Shown piece after piece: positions 34,722 to 47,651 of a stretch of 64,000 nucleotides of DNA; the stretch's first letter is position 1; every line of letters starts with the position of its first letter. Both the position numbers and the translations under genes were made by a program. The notes beneath the pieces were generated by a model. The model saw only the letters and a program-made list of their open reading frames with translations. It was not told where the DNA came from and ran no database searches. This DNA is from Schmidtea polychroa (taxonomy: Eukaryota), in contig CM097885.1 of assembly GCA_044892525.1 (NCBI GenBank), positions 10,728,001 through 10,792,000 of the forward strand, read 5' to 3'.

Positions 34722-35003
34722 TCAACTTTGTTTATAAACCATGACACCTTTTGGGTTGAAAATATCTGTTTTTACTCGTAAATCATCGGGACATTGTTGT
34801 GTGAAATCAAGAAATATATATCCATGAGGTATTTTTGTAGCATCTTGAAATGCACTGATAAGAAAATTACGATTGTTAGGGTATGCTTGACGTGCAAGAA
34901 AATCAATCACTGTTGATTCTCTAGGATTCTTGAAAATAACTAAATATTGTACATTTAAATTACGTGTTCGATGTGCCCCACCTTGATGAAATAGATTTTG
35001 TGT
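34722..35003 (-). pseudogene. C-terminal fragment of A32/FtsK-like packaging ATPase (element B)
   Basis: TQNLFHQGGAHRTRNLNVQYLVIFKNPRES.VIDFLARQAYP...AFQDATKIPHGYIFLDF...LRVKTDIF. The Walker A/B half is deleted at the junction with the TIR. Confidence 0.88.
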
Positions 35004-35953
35004 CCATTCAAATACCTTTCGAATGAGCTATTAAATAATAAAAACCATTGGAGGGAACTCTGAGAATTTAAATTTTAAAAAATTTAGCATGACTCATCGC
35101 ATGACTCATATGACCTTGAGAATGACCTTAAATGAGCCATCGGATGAGTCATATGACCTTGAATGAGTCATCGGATGAGTCATATGACCTTGAATGAATC
35201 ATCGGATGAGTCATATGACCTTGAATGAATCATCGGATGAGTCATATGACCTTGAATGAGTAATCGGATGAGTCATATGACCTTGAATGAGTCATCGGAT
35301 GAGTCATATGACATTGAATGAGTAATCGGATGAGTCATATGACCTTGAATGAGTCAGCGGATGAGTCATATGACCTTGAATGAGTCATCGGATGAGTCAT
35401 ATGACCTTGAATGAGTCATCGGGTGAGTCATATGACCTTGAATGAGTCATCGGATGAGGCATATGACCTTGAATGAGTCATCGGATGAGTCATATGACCT
35501 TGTATGAGTCATCGGTCGAGTCATATGACCTTGGATGAGTCATCGGTCGAGTCATATGACCTTGAATGAGTCATCGGATGAGGCATATGACCTTGAATGA
35601 GTCATCGGATGAGTCATATGACCTTGAATGAGTCATTGGATGAGCCATATGACCTTGGATGAGTCATCGGTCGAGTCATATGACCTTGAATGAGTCATCG
35701 GATGAGGCATATGACCTTGAATGAGTCATCGGATGAGGCATATGACCTTGAATGAGTCATTGGATGAGTCATATGACCTTGAATGAGTCATCGGATGAGT
35801 CATGGTCTTTGTTTCAATGACCTTGATGAGTCATATGTCTTTGTTTAAAATTTGACCTTTTTTAAAATAATTTTAAATGGCGGGGTGGGTGGGGGAGGGG
35901 GGTATGTCTTTGTCCCAGAGGGCCGCTGGTTTAGTGGCCGCTATCCCTCTACT
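35004..35953. repeat. Right TIR of element B with ~23 units of a 30-bp minisatellite
   Basis: Unit ATGAGTCATATGACCTTGAATGAGTCATCGG at ~35100-35802, then a G-rich tract and the terminus ...ccctCTACT. Confidence 0.92.
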
Positions 35954-37271
35954 TTCACAGCACTGTATTTAAAATTGGGGACAAGAAGGAGGGATTTCCC
36001 AAAGTTTGCGCGATCGACTAGATCAAGTTTGATCTAGTGTTACCTATATTAAACCCTCTGAAAATTTAATCTCCAACGAGTATGACAGGCAGAAATGCTG
36101 CTTCTCATGGCCGGGTTGTGCAATTAAATATTTTATTGAAAATCAAATATTCAAAAAACCTCACGGTTAAGAATATTGGTTGGATTCACTTTTCTGTGAC
36201 CAATTCACCAAGAAGCTTTATAGCTTTTAATTTCTCTTTGGGTTTGATATTTTATTCTAAGCAAAATTGCCTGAACAAATGTTTTTGCTAAATGAATTTT
36301 GCTTCTCGCTTTTATAGTAAATTTCTGTAGCAGTAACTGGTTAATTGCCTTGGTAACTGCTGATATTTTCTCTGCAGTGATAAATTTCACTAACTGGTAG
36401 AAAAGAATTTTTGTGTAAATCGCTGCTTAATCGTTATCGATTTTATCAGCAGTGTTCAATATTTATTTCTCTCTTAGCTAAGAAATTCCGACTTATTTAT
36501 ATTAATTTGATAATTGTAAATACTAATTTTAGTAATTATACATTACTATTTATACATATATTTATTTATGAATTACTTATTATAGTATTTTATTATTCAT
36601 AGTAATTAATTATTCCATATATAGTAATTATTTATTTATCTAAACTCTTTATAGTAATTTATTCTAAATTTAGTAATTATTAATTATTTATACTTATTCT
36701 TATTATTATTTATGTCCTAGCCTCTACATGGCTATTGAAAATTGCTCTTAGAACGAGCCAAACTCCAACACTAGTGAATTATTAAAATTAATATTCTTAC
36801 TTTTGACTTTGTATGTTTTATTCGCATTATTAAGCCAATACCCATGTGACAAATCATAACTAGTCATTATAACATCGTTTTTAAGCTTACTATTATAATC
36901 AAATTTTACGAACCATCTCATTGTTTGATCATTGTCGTCATCATCAGTAAATAAAAAGAAATACGGATCAATAATCTTTACAATCATAAAACAAGACCAT
37001 TCTTTACTATTTGTTGTTATTGAAATTGGCTCTGTTATATATTTATATGTATTAGATAATGCTCCATGATTCTCTTCTAATTCAGCAGCTGTTTTTCTAA
37101 TGGTGTGTGTAGGGTTAATATGTGTTGAGTGAGACTCTAAATTTGAAAATCTTTAATTAAATGATCTAATTAACTCGTTTATTGTGCTATATATTGTATT
37201 AAATTTAGTATTCATAATTTGTTTATCCGTAGAATCTAATATGGCAGCATTTAACTTTACAACCTATTTGG

Positions 37272-37691
37272 TTAACCCACTTTGTAACCTAATAAATCTT
37301 TTTCTTTTGCACATAATTCAGATGTTGAAATTTGATTTTTGAGAAAATCATTTATACCTCTACCTTTGTAAGGATCGAGGTATAAACCTGTTCCTTTCTT
37401 TTTTTGAATTGAATCAATTTCATTTTGTAATTTTTGTTTTTCTAATTCAGTTTTTTGAGCTTCTTTAGACTTTTGAACTGTAATTGCAATTACTCCAGCT
37501 ATTCCAGCAGCACCAGACAAACCCACAATAATTGCAGGTATTATAGCAGCCAAGGTATTAAAGCAGTCACGAATTTTCTCTTGCACTTTTTCTTTGACAA
37601 GTTTTTCAACAAAATATTTCTTGCAATCAATTATTATAGATTTATTTTTGTTATAATTGATTAATTCTTTCAGAGATTCTTCGGTCGTCAT
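37272..37691 (-). CDS. Polinton virion protein with Gly/Ala hydrophobic helix, coiled coil and GxGLYLxPYxGxG motif
   Basis: LAAIIPAIIVGLSGAAGIAGVIA...KKGTGLYLDPYKGRG. Probably frameshifted at the 3' end. Confidence 0.65.
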   Translation of the reverse strand: MTTEESLKELINYNKNKSIIIDCKKYFVEKLVKEKVQEKIRDCFNTLAAIIPAIIVGLSGAAGIAGVIAITVQKSKEAQKTELEKQKLQNEIDSIQKKKGTGLYLDPYKGRGINDFLKNQISTSELCAKEKDLLGYKVG

Positions 37692-37781
37692 TTTTAAAAT
37701 AATAAAATAGATATTTGGAATCCAATTTTAACAATACATAAAAGTAAATTTAATAATAAAATTTTTCCTGAAAATTTTAGA

Positions 37782-38330
37782 TTGTTAATTGTTGGATCTT
37801 CAGGGTGTGGAAAGAATGTACTTCTTTTGAGAATGTTACTCGAGGATGGTTTTTTAGATTATAATAATTTAATATTTTATTCTACAACTATAAACCAACC
37901 AGAACTACAACTAGTGAAATGTGAATTTGAAAATAAATTAACTAAAAAAGGAATCATTGATATTTTTAAAAATCAACACAGATGTCCCGATAAAGTTCAT
38001 CAACCTTGTGATATGGCTGACTGGTACAAAGAGAAGATTTTAGAATCAAACATTGCTAATAAAAATGATTATGTTAGTGATGAATCAATACAAGTTTTAT
38101 TCTCCAACAAACCTGAAGATATATTACATTGTGATTTTCTTTCCAAAGATAAAACGAATCTAGCTATATTTGATGATGTTGTAAATAAGAAAAATCAAGA
38201 AATTCAAAAAAGTTATTTTACTCAAGGACGTCATAATAATTGTAATGTGATTTACATCTCTCAAACATATTATGCCTTGGATAAAAATTCAATTAGAAAC
38301 AACTCCAATTGTTTCATAATTTTAAATTAG
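37782..38330 (+). pseudogene. A32/FtsK-like packaging ATPase (element F)
   Basis: Walker A GSSGCGK(N), Walker B LAIFDD, YFTQGRHNNCNVIYISQ and IRNN. Frameshift and stop damage at both ends. Confidence 0.9.
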
Positions 38331-38520
38331 ACAAGCGTGACAAGAATATGATTTATAGTGATTTATTTTCAAATGTTGAACCTGACAAGTACATGTTTGA
38401 TAAGTTTGTTACTAATCATTGAACAAAAAATACAATTATATTTATTTGGATACAGAAAAGGATGAGTTAGAGAAAAACTTGTTTTATTAAAAACTTGTTT
38501 TAATAAAAACTTGATTTCAG

Positions 38521-38852
38521 TTATTCATTATTGTAAAATCTATCCAATATTTCTTCATTATTTTCATAGATGATACCATATGTCATTGGAACTGTATGAT
38601 GTATTTTATATATAATAAAAATTTCATTTGTCCATTTCGCTGTGAATACTTTTTCAAATTTATTTTTATATTTAAATATTCTTACTCTATTATCAATTTT
38701 AAACTTTGGTTTTGTAGAAGCAGTTAAAGGTGTTTCTTTAATAAAGCTATGTAAATCATTATTATATTCATTCACTATCCTTTGTAACAATAGCTCTAAA
38801 ATATTTCCACATTTTATTTTTTAACGTTTTATTTAATCTTTCAACATTATGG
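38521..38852 (-). pseudogene. int: Integrase C-terminal fragment (element F)
   Basis: VERLNKTLKNKMWKYF..., YNNDLHSFIKETP, KFKIDNRVRI.KYKNKFEK...WTNEIF. Confidence 0.85.
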
Positions 38853-38876
38853 GTTTGTTTGCAGAAAAAATTAAAC

Positions 38877-39250
38877 TTTACACTCCATGAAATGTATGGA
38901 AGCAATTTCTGTTTGCTGTAATGTTAAGGGTCACTCCGCACTTCTCACACAGTATACGCGTGAACACTTTTCATCGCAATGGTTTTCACAATTTATTTTG
39001 GACAGTGTCCTATTCCGTCCGTTCTAACATCTTTCGGCGGAACATGTTGAACATGTCTCTTTTTCTTTTAAATAATTATCTCAGTTTGATATTCAACTTC
39101 AACATCAAGTTCGCACTCTTTCAAGAAGTCATCCAATATTTCTTCATCTCCAGACTCCATATCATCATCAGAAAGTCCCTCGTCTAATCTCTTAAATTAT
39201 TCTTCGATTTCTTATGAATTCAGAGATCGTTTCCTTTTGAATCTATAAAA
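38877..39250 (-). mobile_element. piggyBac-like transposase remnant (internally deleted)
   Basis: Acidic N-terminal piece joined to VPPKDVRTDGIGHCP...C...CEKCGVTLNITANRNCFHTFH*, the piggyBac C-terminal Cys-rich pattern. TTAA termini not found. Confidence 0.7.
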
Positions 39251-39697
39251 CAAAATAAAAGAAACACTACATTTCTCAACAAGATTTCGAAAAATTCATA
39301 ATATATTGAATAAAGTGACATAAACAAATTGTATTCACCAAGCGTGTTGTGTAGCCATTTGGCAACATTATTGTACAACAGGGTTTATGAAACTATAAAT
39401 AAAAAAATAGTAAAAACAGCATTTATACTTAATATATTACATTCTTTCTGTGCAAATATTATTTATTCACTGCAAATAATATAACGAACGCAAACTCTGT
39501 CAATGCAACACAACCATCAATGGTGCGATCTCAGATTAAACTAAAAGTTAGCTCACAAACACGTAGCCACAGGTACAAAACATAATTGGTTTTTAGTGTT
39601 TGTTTGTAAGCATTTGGCAACAGTGTGTATAAGTGGCATATTTTACATCTATACGGAGTAGTATTACTTTGAACGGAATGTTGACAAATGTCTACAA

Positions 39698-39937
39698 CAT
39701 GGGTATTCAACTAAATATTATGAAGGGCCAAATTATTCTTATAACGGCAATCAAGGGCCGTATCAATTAAAAAGTAGTTAGTTTTGTAGCGGATTACAAA
39801 GTAACAAAAATAAACTGGTTTTAGTGTGCGTTTTTATGCAGATATCACCAAATATTTTTATATATGTGTAATATTCCAAGATATTGAAAGGGTCTTTTTC
39901 AAATTATGGCCCGCGGGCCGCCAGTTGAAGATCCCTG
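39698..39937. mobile_element. hAT-type MITE
   Basis: TIRs CATGGGTATTCAACT / AGTTGAAGATCCCTG and a perfect 8-bp TSD GTCTACAA (39690-39697, 39938-39945). Confidence 0.92.
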
Positions 39938-40859
39938 GTCTACAATATGCATTTTAAAGTTAAATTAGTAAAAAATAATAATAATAAATTTCTCCTTGTG
40001 AATTTAATTTATTTTTCCTATTTTTCTAAAATCTTGGTTTATTTAATTTCATAAGTTAAGATTTCAAATTCTCGATATTTAAATAATGTATTACAGTATT
40101 TTAATATTGTTTTTTATTTACTTATGCTATCCGCTAATTATCATTAATTTATGGAATTACCGAAAGAATCAATTTTGCCGGTGATGGCGAGTTGTAGGTT
40201 CCCTACGTGGGTTTCCAACTCTTCTTCCTTAGGCAAAGTTATTCGACTCGGCTTATTCGTCGCCCGATGGGCCATCTGGTAAGGTTATATTCATTGTAGC
40301 TCCGATTTTATAACAATGTTATGATATATATTTATGATAAGCTAATTCATTTTCTGTTAATTAAGAATACGTTGGGGTATCCACGTACGATCTTTGCAAA
40401 TCTATCATCAGACTTTCATAGGAAGTGGTTATGTTATTTGTAACATCAAAAAACGTGACTATAGCCTAACTCACGATATACATGTAGACATTTGGCAGGT
40501 GGCATCCCCTTGCAATATTTGTAAATGTAGTTGCCTTTTGACAGTTAATCGATCACTTTGGAGTATTCTGAATGCTATCTCGATAAATATGCTATTGGGG
40601 TCCAATAGGCAGCGGTTCGTTAATTATGTCTACATGAAGAGTGAAGGTACACTTTATAGTAGGTAATCTTTCTACTGCAATAATATAAGAATTTTTATGT
40701 CAATATACTTGAAATTAAATTCTCGATTAAATGAGACTATAACCCTATGAAAATTGTGAAATTTCAATTTTAGTACACCATTTTTAAATTTACACATCTT
40801 TCTAAACAATTTGAGATATTTTCACTCAAACAATATATAGGTAGAATTTAAATCTCTAC

Positions 40860-42873
40860 AGAATGACATTGCTTGAAATTATTGTTAATGTTGTGCGTGG
40901 CTATGTTGACATTAGTAAAGCGAAAGAACTTGTATTGCAAAACCATAAAAAATAACTTTTATCGTCAGTAAATAGACAGAATAAACGGATAATGCGAGAG
41001 ATTATATACAAACAGCGAGAGGGATTTATATCAACTTTGATAATAATTGCATTATCTTTATTAGATGGATCTGGTTTATTAGGTTGAGTTGCTTTATTAT
41101 CATCATCATAAACAATGGGTCAATTACCTATAGGACATTTACCCAACCTTATTCTAAATTTAAATCATCTTGTTGTAATGGAGTAGATATAGACAAACTC
41201 ATAAGATCCAGCAAGTTTCGGTGGAATCAAACAGTTCAAGAAAAAAGTACCAAAATCAAAAAAGGAGATTCAAAAATGGTTGTCGAGTTAACTGGAATAC
41301 AGTTTAAACAAACCAATGTTGAAACGGTTTCCCACAAGACCATATAAAAAACATATGGTATCAATGATTTATGGCAAATGAATTTAATGGAAATGATTCC
41401 ATTTTCTAAAATTAATAATGGTTACAAATATATTTTGACATATGTAAGGAGTTAGTAAACCCCTATATATTATGGTTAAATGGTAGAAGTGAGATCAGTT
41501 AGTAGAAATAATTATTTCTGTTAAATTTTTATATTTAAATTCTATATTAAATTATATCATATTATATTAAATTATATTAAATTAAATCAATTAAATGTAT
41601 GACCAGTAATTACATTAATATTAATATTTATCACGCCTCGGCGTTTAAATACGCTAGTAAACAGCTCAATTTTGAAGTTATAAAAATTAATTCTTGAATA
41701 AGATTTGAATTTAATTGCGCCTAACAACATATATTGATGTTTTTAGTAGATTTGCTCGAGCTATATCATTGAAAACCAAATCTGCTAGTGAAATGGCTGT
41801 TGCAATAAAAACAATGTTTAAAAATGGTAAACAAGATAATTTACAAACTAATTTGGGTAAAGAATTTTATAACAGCAAAGTTAAAAAAAACCTAAAGGGA
41901 ATAAATCATTACTCTGTTTTTTTCTCAATTCAAAGCTGCTCATGTGGAAAGGTTTAATAGAACATTAAGAGATCATTTGAAAAAATATTTTGTACATCAA
42001 GGTAACAAAACTTGGATAAATCTTTTACCGAAAATAATTCATAGTTAAAATCATTCCGAACATGGATGTCTAAAGAGAATGAGACCGATTGATGTAACAT
42101 CTAAAAATACTACGAAAATATTATTATCACAACAATATGTAACAAAAACTAAGAAACATAAATATAAATTTGGTGATCATGTTAGCATAAGTAAAATATC
42201 GGCTTCACCATTCATTAAAAATATTGACAACAACTGGAGTGACGAAGTCTTTCAAATATTAAAGAATTTTACGAAACAGAGTCCCGTTATGTATGTTATT
42301 AAAGATATTGATTATAATGAAATCCAGGGTAAATTTTACGAACAGGATTCGCAAGTTATTTCGACACCATCTGTCTTTAGAATTGAAAAAATTCTTAAAT
42401 CAAAATATAAAGGAAAAACAATATTACGTCAAGTGGCATGGATATCAAAACCCAACTTGAATATCAGCATCTCAAATTGAATGAATAGAAACAGTTTTTT
42501 CACTATTTTACGAAGCAATAGCTGTCCATTAATTCATCCGAATAATGATGCTACGAATAATGAGTTACAAAATCCCATCTACCTGCATGATATGTGGGAA
42601 GTTGCTTTACTTGATTACACATTTGTATACAACACATTTCCATTTTACAGTAATTCTAAGATTGAATATAAAGAAATTGCACTGAAATAAGTCAGCAGCT
42701 TTTATGTTATTGAACCCGAAGATGATGAAATGCCAATACAAGAATTATATAATGATTGTTACATGTATATTACCAAGGGAGTTTTAAATATTTGTTGGGA
42801 TTACCATCCATTCGAGATAACATTTGAAGATTCAGCAAGAATAAAATGATTAGGAGTTCTTGAACCAATTTTG
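40860..42873 (+). mobile_element. Decayed Polinton fragment E, related to element B (QxGG protein, overprinted ORF, integrase-chromodomain, minor capsid 5' part)
   Basis: Same gene order as B in the opposite orientation: LWQMNLMEMIPFSKINNGYKYILT, QTNLGKEFYN, HVERFNRTL, KISASPFIKN..NWSDEVF, FFTILRSNSCPLIHPNN...WEVALLDYTFVYNTFPFY. Many stops and frameshifts. Confidence 0.92.
41443..41726. mobile_element. Solo LTR inserted in the integrase of fragment E
   Basis: TGTAAGG...CCTAACA termini and 5-bp TSD ACATA (41438-41442, 41727-41731). Excision restores YILT-YIDVFSR. Confidence 0.88.
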
Positions 42874-43238
42874 TTTAAATATCTGAAATTCAGATTTTGG
42901 ATAATTAAAAATTATAACAAAACAAATTTAGGACTTTTCATTTACAAAATGAGCTGAACGACAATTTTCTTGCAGCTAACATTTAATAATGCAATCGAAA
43001 TGCAATAAATGGTATTTTTGTATCATTTCAATTTCATTTTTAAAGCATTAATAATGCAACCGAAATACAAAAAAATCAAAAAATGCAATATAAATTTAAT
43101 GTCGAAAAAAATTCATGCAAAAGACTGAAACTAATATATTTGTTAATAAATATTTCTGTGCAATAACGAATATTTTCGTATCTCATATTAAAATAGACGA
43201 TTTTGATAAATAATTTTTTTGCTGATTCGTTTTTCCTA
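42874..43238 (+). repeat. Dispersed ~370-bp repeat, copy 2
   Basis: Homologous to 5564-5934. It truncates the minor capsid of fragment E. Confidence 0.85.
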
Positions 43239-43244
43239 AAAAAC

Positions 43245-46200
43245 AATAAGCCCCTGCTTTAGTACTACTCCTTCATCCCAACTCGACTTAACCAACTCCC
43301 GACTGCCGTTAGAAGGACTTACGTCATTTTCTATTGTTCGCGGTATTAGTGCTGCTCATATCATTTCACTCATCGACTAACCCACTACCATTATGCCCTT
43401 TCTGCTAAGACAGGTTACTGTTAAACACACAATACAAAGATCCACGACATTCCAGACACGAATTAACATCGCAAGTTTATCTTTACCCTACATCCTCACA
43501 TTGATACCATCACCATCTACCCAAGAATTTCATACAGACAAATCTCAACATTGACGGGGTCATTTAAAATAGGTTAAATTTGTCATTCAGCAACAAGTAA
43601 TATATAAAATATTTACAACATAGAAATAGTCACAAAGTATTTGGTGAAGTTCCGGCCAAAATTTCATCAAGGTCAAAGAAATCCTGGGCATCCTCTTCCC
43701 AAGCAGTGTTCGTGGGAGGCACTACCCGGAATGCAGGTGGAGAGCGAGATAGTACCTCCACCGGAAGTGCCAGGGGCTGTTGCTTAACTGCGGCGATCAA
43801 GGTCGCTTCTCTTTCGGCTTGGAGAGCCCTTCGTCTCTTGGTTCGCTCGGTCCGAGACGGTTGCCGGCGCTTACTAGCCTTTGTCGCCTCCGGAAGAGTG
43901 ACCGGAGCCGATGTGTCAGTTGCCTTTGGTGCCGCTTGGCTGACGCCTGTACAAACGACGTCAGAAGAGATCGTTGGCCGGGGGGCGTCCGAACTGCTAA
44001 CACTTGCCCAATGTGTGGACTTAGCCGAAGTCATCAGTTGGAAATGACGATGTGGGAACACATTATCCTCCTCTGCAATGGGGATGTCCATGATCTTCTT
44101 TGTGATCGACGCCTACACATAGACTTTGTGCAGCGCCTCCGATTGCTCCTTGATCAATGCTCGCTTAATGAGGTGTTAATGAGGAGGTTTTATCGGCACA
44201 GGAAAAACATGGTCGCAAGATGGTTGCGGATGTTGGGGTCTTCGACATATCTAAATGAATCGAAAGTGCAAGTTAAGATCATGCTTTCAGTAATAACCAA
44301 CATAATAATCATCATGCACAACCATGCTTCGCGGTATAACGGTAGACTTTAGAAAAATGAAGGAAAAACACTCAACTTCGTTTACCACACATACGTCGGA
44401 GAAATCTCGGAGTTTTGACAGTTCTAAACCGTGGCTGTTAAATTTTAATCCCATTAGTTTATTTGCACATTAAATTATCCATTTACTGGCTGGCGCGATA
44501 AACAATAGCCGAAAAATGATGTGTTTTTATATTAAAACGCTAAAATACATGCATCCCATTCATACGAACTAATTTTTCCCTGGTTCTCTACCTAAAATCT
44601 TTAATTACACTAGAACAAACTGTTACCATTAAAGAAGGGCTGGTTTGGATAAGTGATGAAGGAATTAGTTTTCACCCTAAAGAAAAAAACAGTCAATCAG
44701 ATCATTCAGCTTATGGCGTTTGAGGTATGAAACTGTAAAACAATTGAAATTTGAAGAGAAATCACGCCCTCATCTATACGCAGGCTACATCATCCCTATA
44801 AATAAATGCTACATCAAGGTGGGTATCCCATAACAATTATCGAAGTTTATAGTCTCGCTTCCAGTACAACGATTATAGGAATATCCGAATTAACCTAACT
44901 TACTTCAAGCATTCAACGGTCATCAAGAACTAAGTAATAATTTTACTGATAGAAAAATTAAATCAAAACCCTTGCGGATAACTGTAGCATTTCTATACGA
45001 ATTCCCGATCAGTACTGGGAGAAAATTGATTTAAAAATCCCAGGGAAAATGTTTAATTTAAATTCACTGTCTGACCTTACAGAAAAAAAAATCTATTCAA
45101 ATTATATTTGTTTGCGCTTTGAACGATTAAATAGACGCTCACGCATTGACCATTAAATATTGACTTATCGGAAAGCTACTATATTCTTGAAAAACAGAGA
45201 TAAGCCCGCCTAGTTATACGCATGACGTTATCGTGTGAATGTTTACATTGCATATAGAATTGTACCGCGGTTCGGATGAGATTAGATCCGCCGGGTTATT
45301 GTTTTACTACTTTGCTCTACCCGCCGATCGTACTGGCACTGCTAGTTTATCTACTGTGATTGATTTTACATATGTGAAAACCCCATCTTTAATTATTATC
45401 GAAAAACCGAAAAATCGTGTGTTGATTCCTAACCGTGCGCATTTGAGTAGCGATGCCGATCGGATGGTTGATTTTATCAGAAACGGTGGGTGTATTAATC
45501 CTTATGGCGTTCTCGTCGCCTGAAAAATTGTTTCGGATACTCGTGGCATATTCACTAATTAAAAGGGCAAATCAGCTGTCGGCAATTAGGCTGGCTTGGG
45601 CGCGGTAGATCTACCCATACCAAACAAAAAATTGGGATTTTTATCAGCTGTCTCGATCCAGGGGTATCCTCTACTACATGATCTGTCGAGAGCCTAGGTG
45701 GTACCCCTTATGATGGATCTGACATGGCTCGACGTAATATAAGTTGAAATTACTATTTTTATTCTATGAGACTAATTTGAAAAAACGGTTTTCGGTGGGA
45801 GTAAAACACTACCTCTTTGTCAATAATTTCCAGGCGACGCTAAAATCTTAGGGGCAAAAATCGTGAAAGTTTGAATCGCAGTTTCTGAATGAAATAAATT
45901 GATACTGGAAGTGATTCTCGGACGATCTGTAGCGATGACAGGTGATGCGTCAAGTGTGATAGTTTTCCTAGAAAGATGATAGAACGAGAGTTGTTTAACG
46001 TGCGGTTTTCGTCTCCCTTAGTCATTGCGATGGCCCATTCACATACGTAGCATTTTATAATTGTACCCATTTCAGTTGTAGTGACCTTCCTCTTCCTATT
46101 AGAGTCTTTGTCCTTCATCTCCTGTGGCGACAGATCAGTGGGGAAACCCCCACAATGACCCGATCCCAGCCACTACGATGCTGAAGAATCATCCGACCTT

Positions 46201-46260
46201 CTGGCAAGAGGAACAACTGGTGTCCCTCGAGCTGTGGCCAGCTGAACCTCAGCGTCGTGG
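43245..46260. other. GC-elevated decayed coding-like segment of unknown origin, possibly an LTR-retrotransposon accessory region
   Basis: Composition shifts toward GC. Broken ORFs include 43630..44091 (-; ..KRRQPSRTERTKRRR..EEDAQDFFDLDEIL). A purine-rich PPT-like tract lies on the minus strand near 43250-43280. No RT, RNase H or integrase motif recognised. Confidence 0.3.
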
Positions 46261-47651
46261 AATACATAAAAATTCATTAACACATGTTTTACTATGCTAC
46301 TAATTTTCATACATTTACCAAATAGTACTGATGGTTTAAAAAATTGTTTACTAAAAGTTTATGTTAACGTAAAAATAATAGGGAGCAAAAAAAAGCCGAA
46401 AATATTTATAAAATATTTAATTTAGAATAAATCATGAAATCGAAAATTCTAAGATAAAAATTTACTTTCTCTAACTGTAAAATGTTGCTTCTCGAAAATA
46501 TCAAATCCCTGAGTCCTCGCGTGATCTGTTGTTGAAATAATTAGCTCGAAATTAGTCCTTAACTGTTGTCAATTTGGATCCTTGAATGCTAGAAATATCT
46601 TAAGAATTGTTGGGTTAACACTGAAAATTTTATTTCAGTGTCTCCCTTATATACCTAATTGTGAATGTGTGTGGACCAATCAAAATCGAGGCGGTTTTTA
46701 ATTATTTAGATTCTCTGTTTTTCGTTAATTTTCCTATTGTTTATTTATTCTTTCTTTATTTTTTATTTATTTTGTTATTAATTATTTAATTTTTATGTTA
46801 TTTTGCTATTTTTCTCGGTTTTCTTATCTTGATTATATATTGATTAAAGTAAAATAGTGTAAAAATGATGATTACATGTAATATTGAGTTTTAGTTGAAT
46901 ATTTTGAGTGCACAAGTATGCAATCAAGTGCTAAAATGTCCAAAAATATTTACTAATGCAAATATAATCAATTCTTTGTTGATTCGTGTTGAGTATTTGA
47001 TTATCGATCTGCAGTTTTTGTAATTTACAAATGATCTACTCGACAGATTTCCTACCAACTATACAATATTTGACTCTAAAATATGGGCCCCGCAACATGA
47101 TTAAATATGTTTTACAGGAAATATTGATTAATCAGTATATTGAATTTGCCAACAATCAAAGCAATCCAGATAAATAATCTCTATATCGTTACACTCGCAA
47201 TAAATTGCCTGCCAAGATGGTATAATAATTATCTAGAAATATTGATATTTTAATTTTGCACTCTAAAATCATTATTTAATAAATATTAGAAATCAAATAA
47301 ATTCTCTACATGATCAATAAAGTTGAAATATTGATATTGATCAAAAATATTGATTTTTTTTGGTATGCAGCTTTCACCTCAAATATTCAACATTTAAACA
47401 AAATTACTTGTAAATCATTCGATTCGTAATCAAAGCTCTAGAAGCTGGCATCGTCATATTTTATAATTATTCATTATTAATATTTTCACTATAAAATGTT
47501 GATGAAAATATTTATCTATCCAAGGGCACCAATAATGAGTTTGATATCTTGGACTGAATGCATTTATCTTTTTCATTGAAATCAATAGTGATAGGTTCAT
47601 ATATTGGGGCTAGATCTAGCACTGATTTAGTAATTACAATTTATAAATAAA

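Larger units (their letters stand above)
36720..38870. mobile_element. Fragment of a different Polinton lineage (element F)
   Basis: Contains a hydrophobic-helix virion protein (-), a packaging ATPase (+) and an integrase C-terminal half (-). Gene orientation and sequences differ from element B. No termini seen. Confidence 0.85.

Noticed and set aside
35100..35802. Regular 30-bp array resembling CRISPR (also the 21/22-bp and 16-bp arrays)
   Set aside because: No unique spacers, no cas genes and a eukaryotic context. They are tandem repeats within Polinton termini.
35954..36480. Sequence right of the element B terminus, including an ACTAGATCAA-GT-TTGATCTAGT palindrome at ~36017-36038
   Set aside because: A single short palindrome with no interpretable ORF and no evidence linking it to a system.
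40150..40690. Mildly GC-elevated stretch with a 90-aa ORF
   Set aside because: No motif, and multiple stops in the alternative frames.
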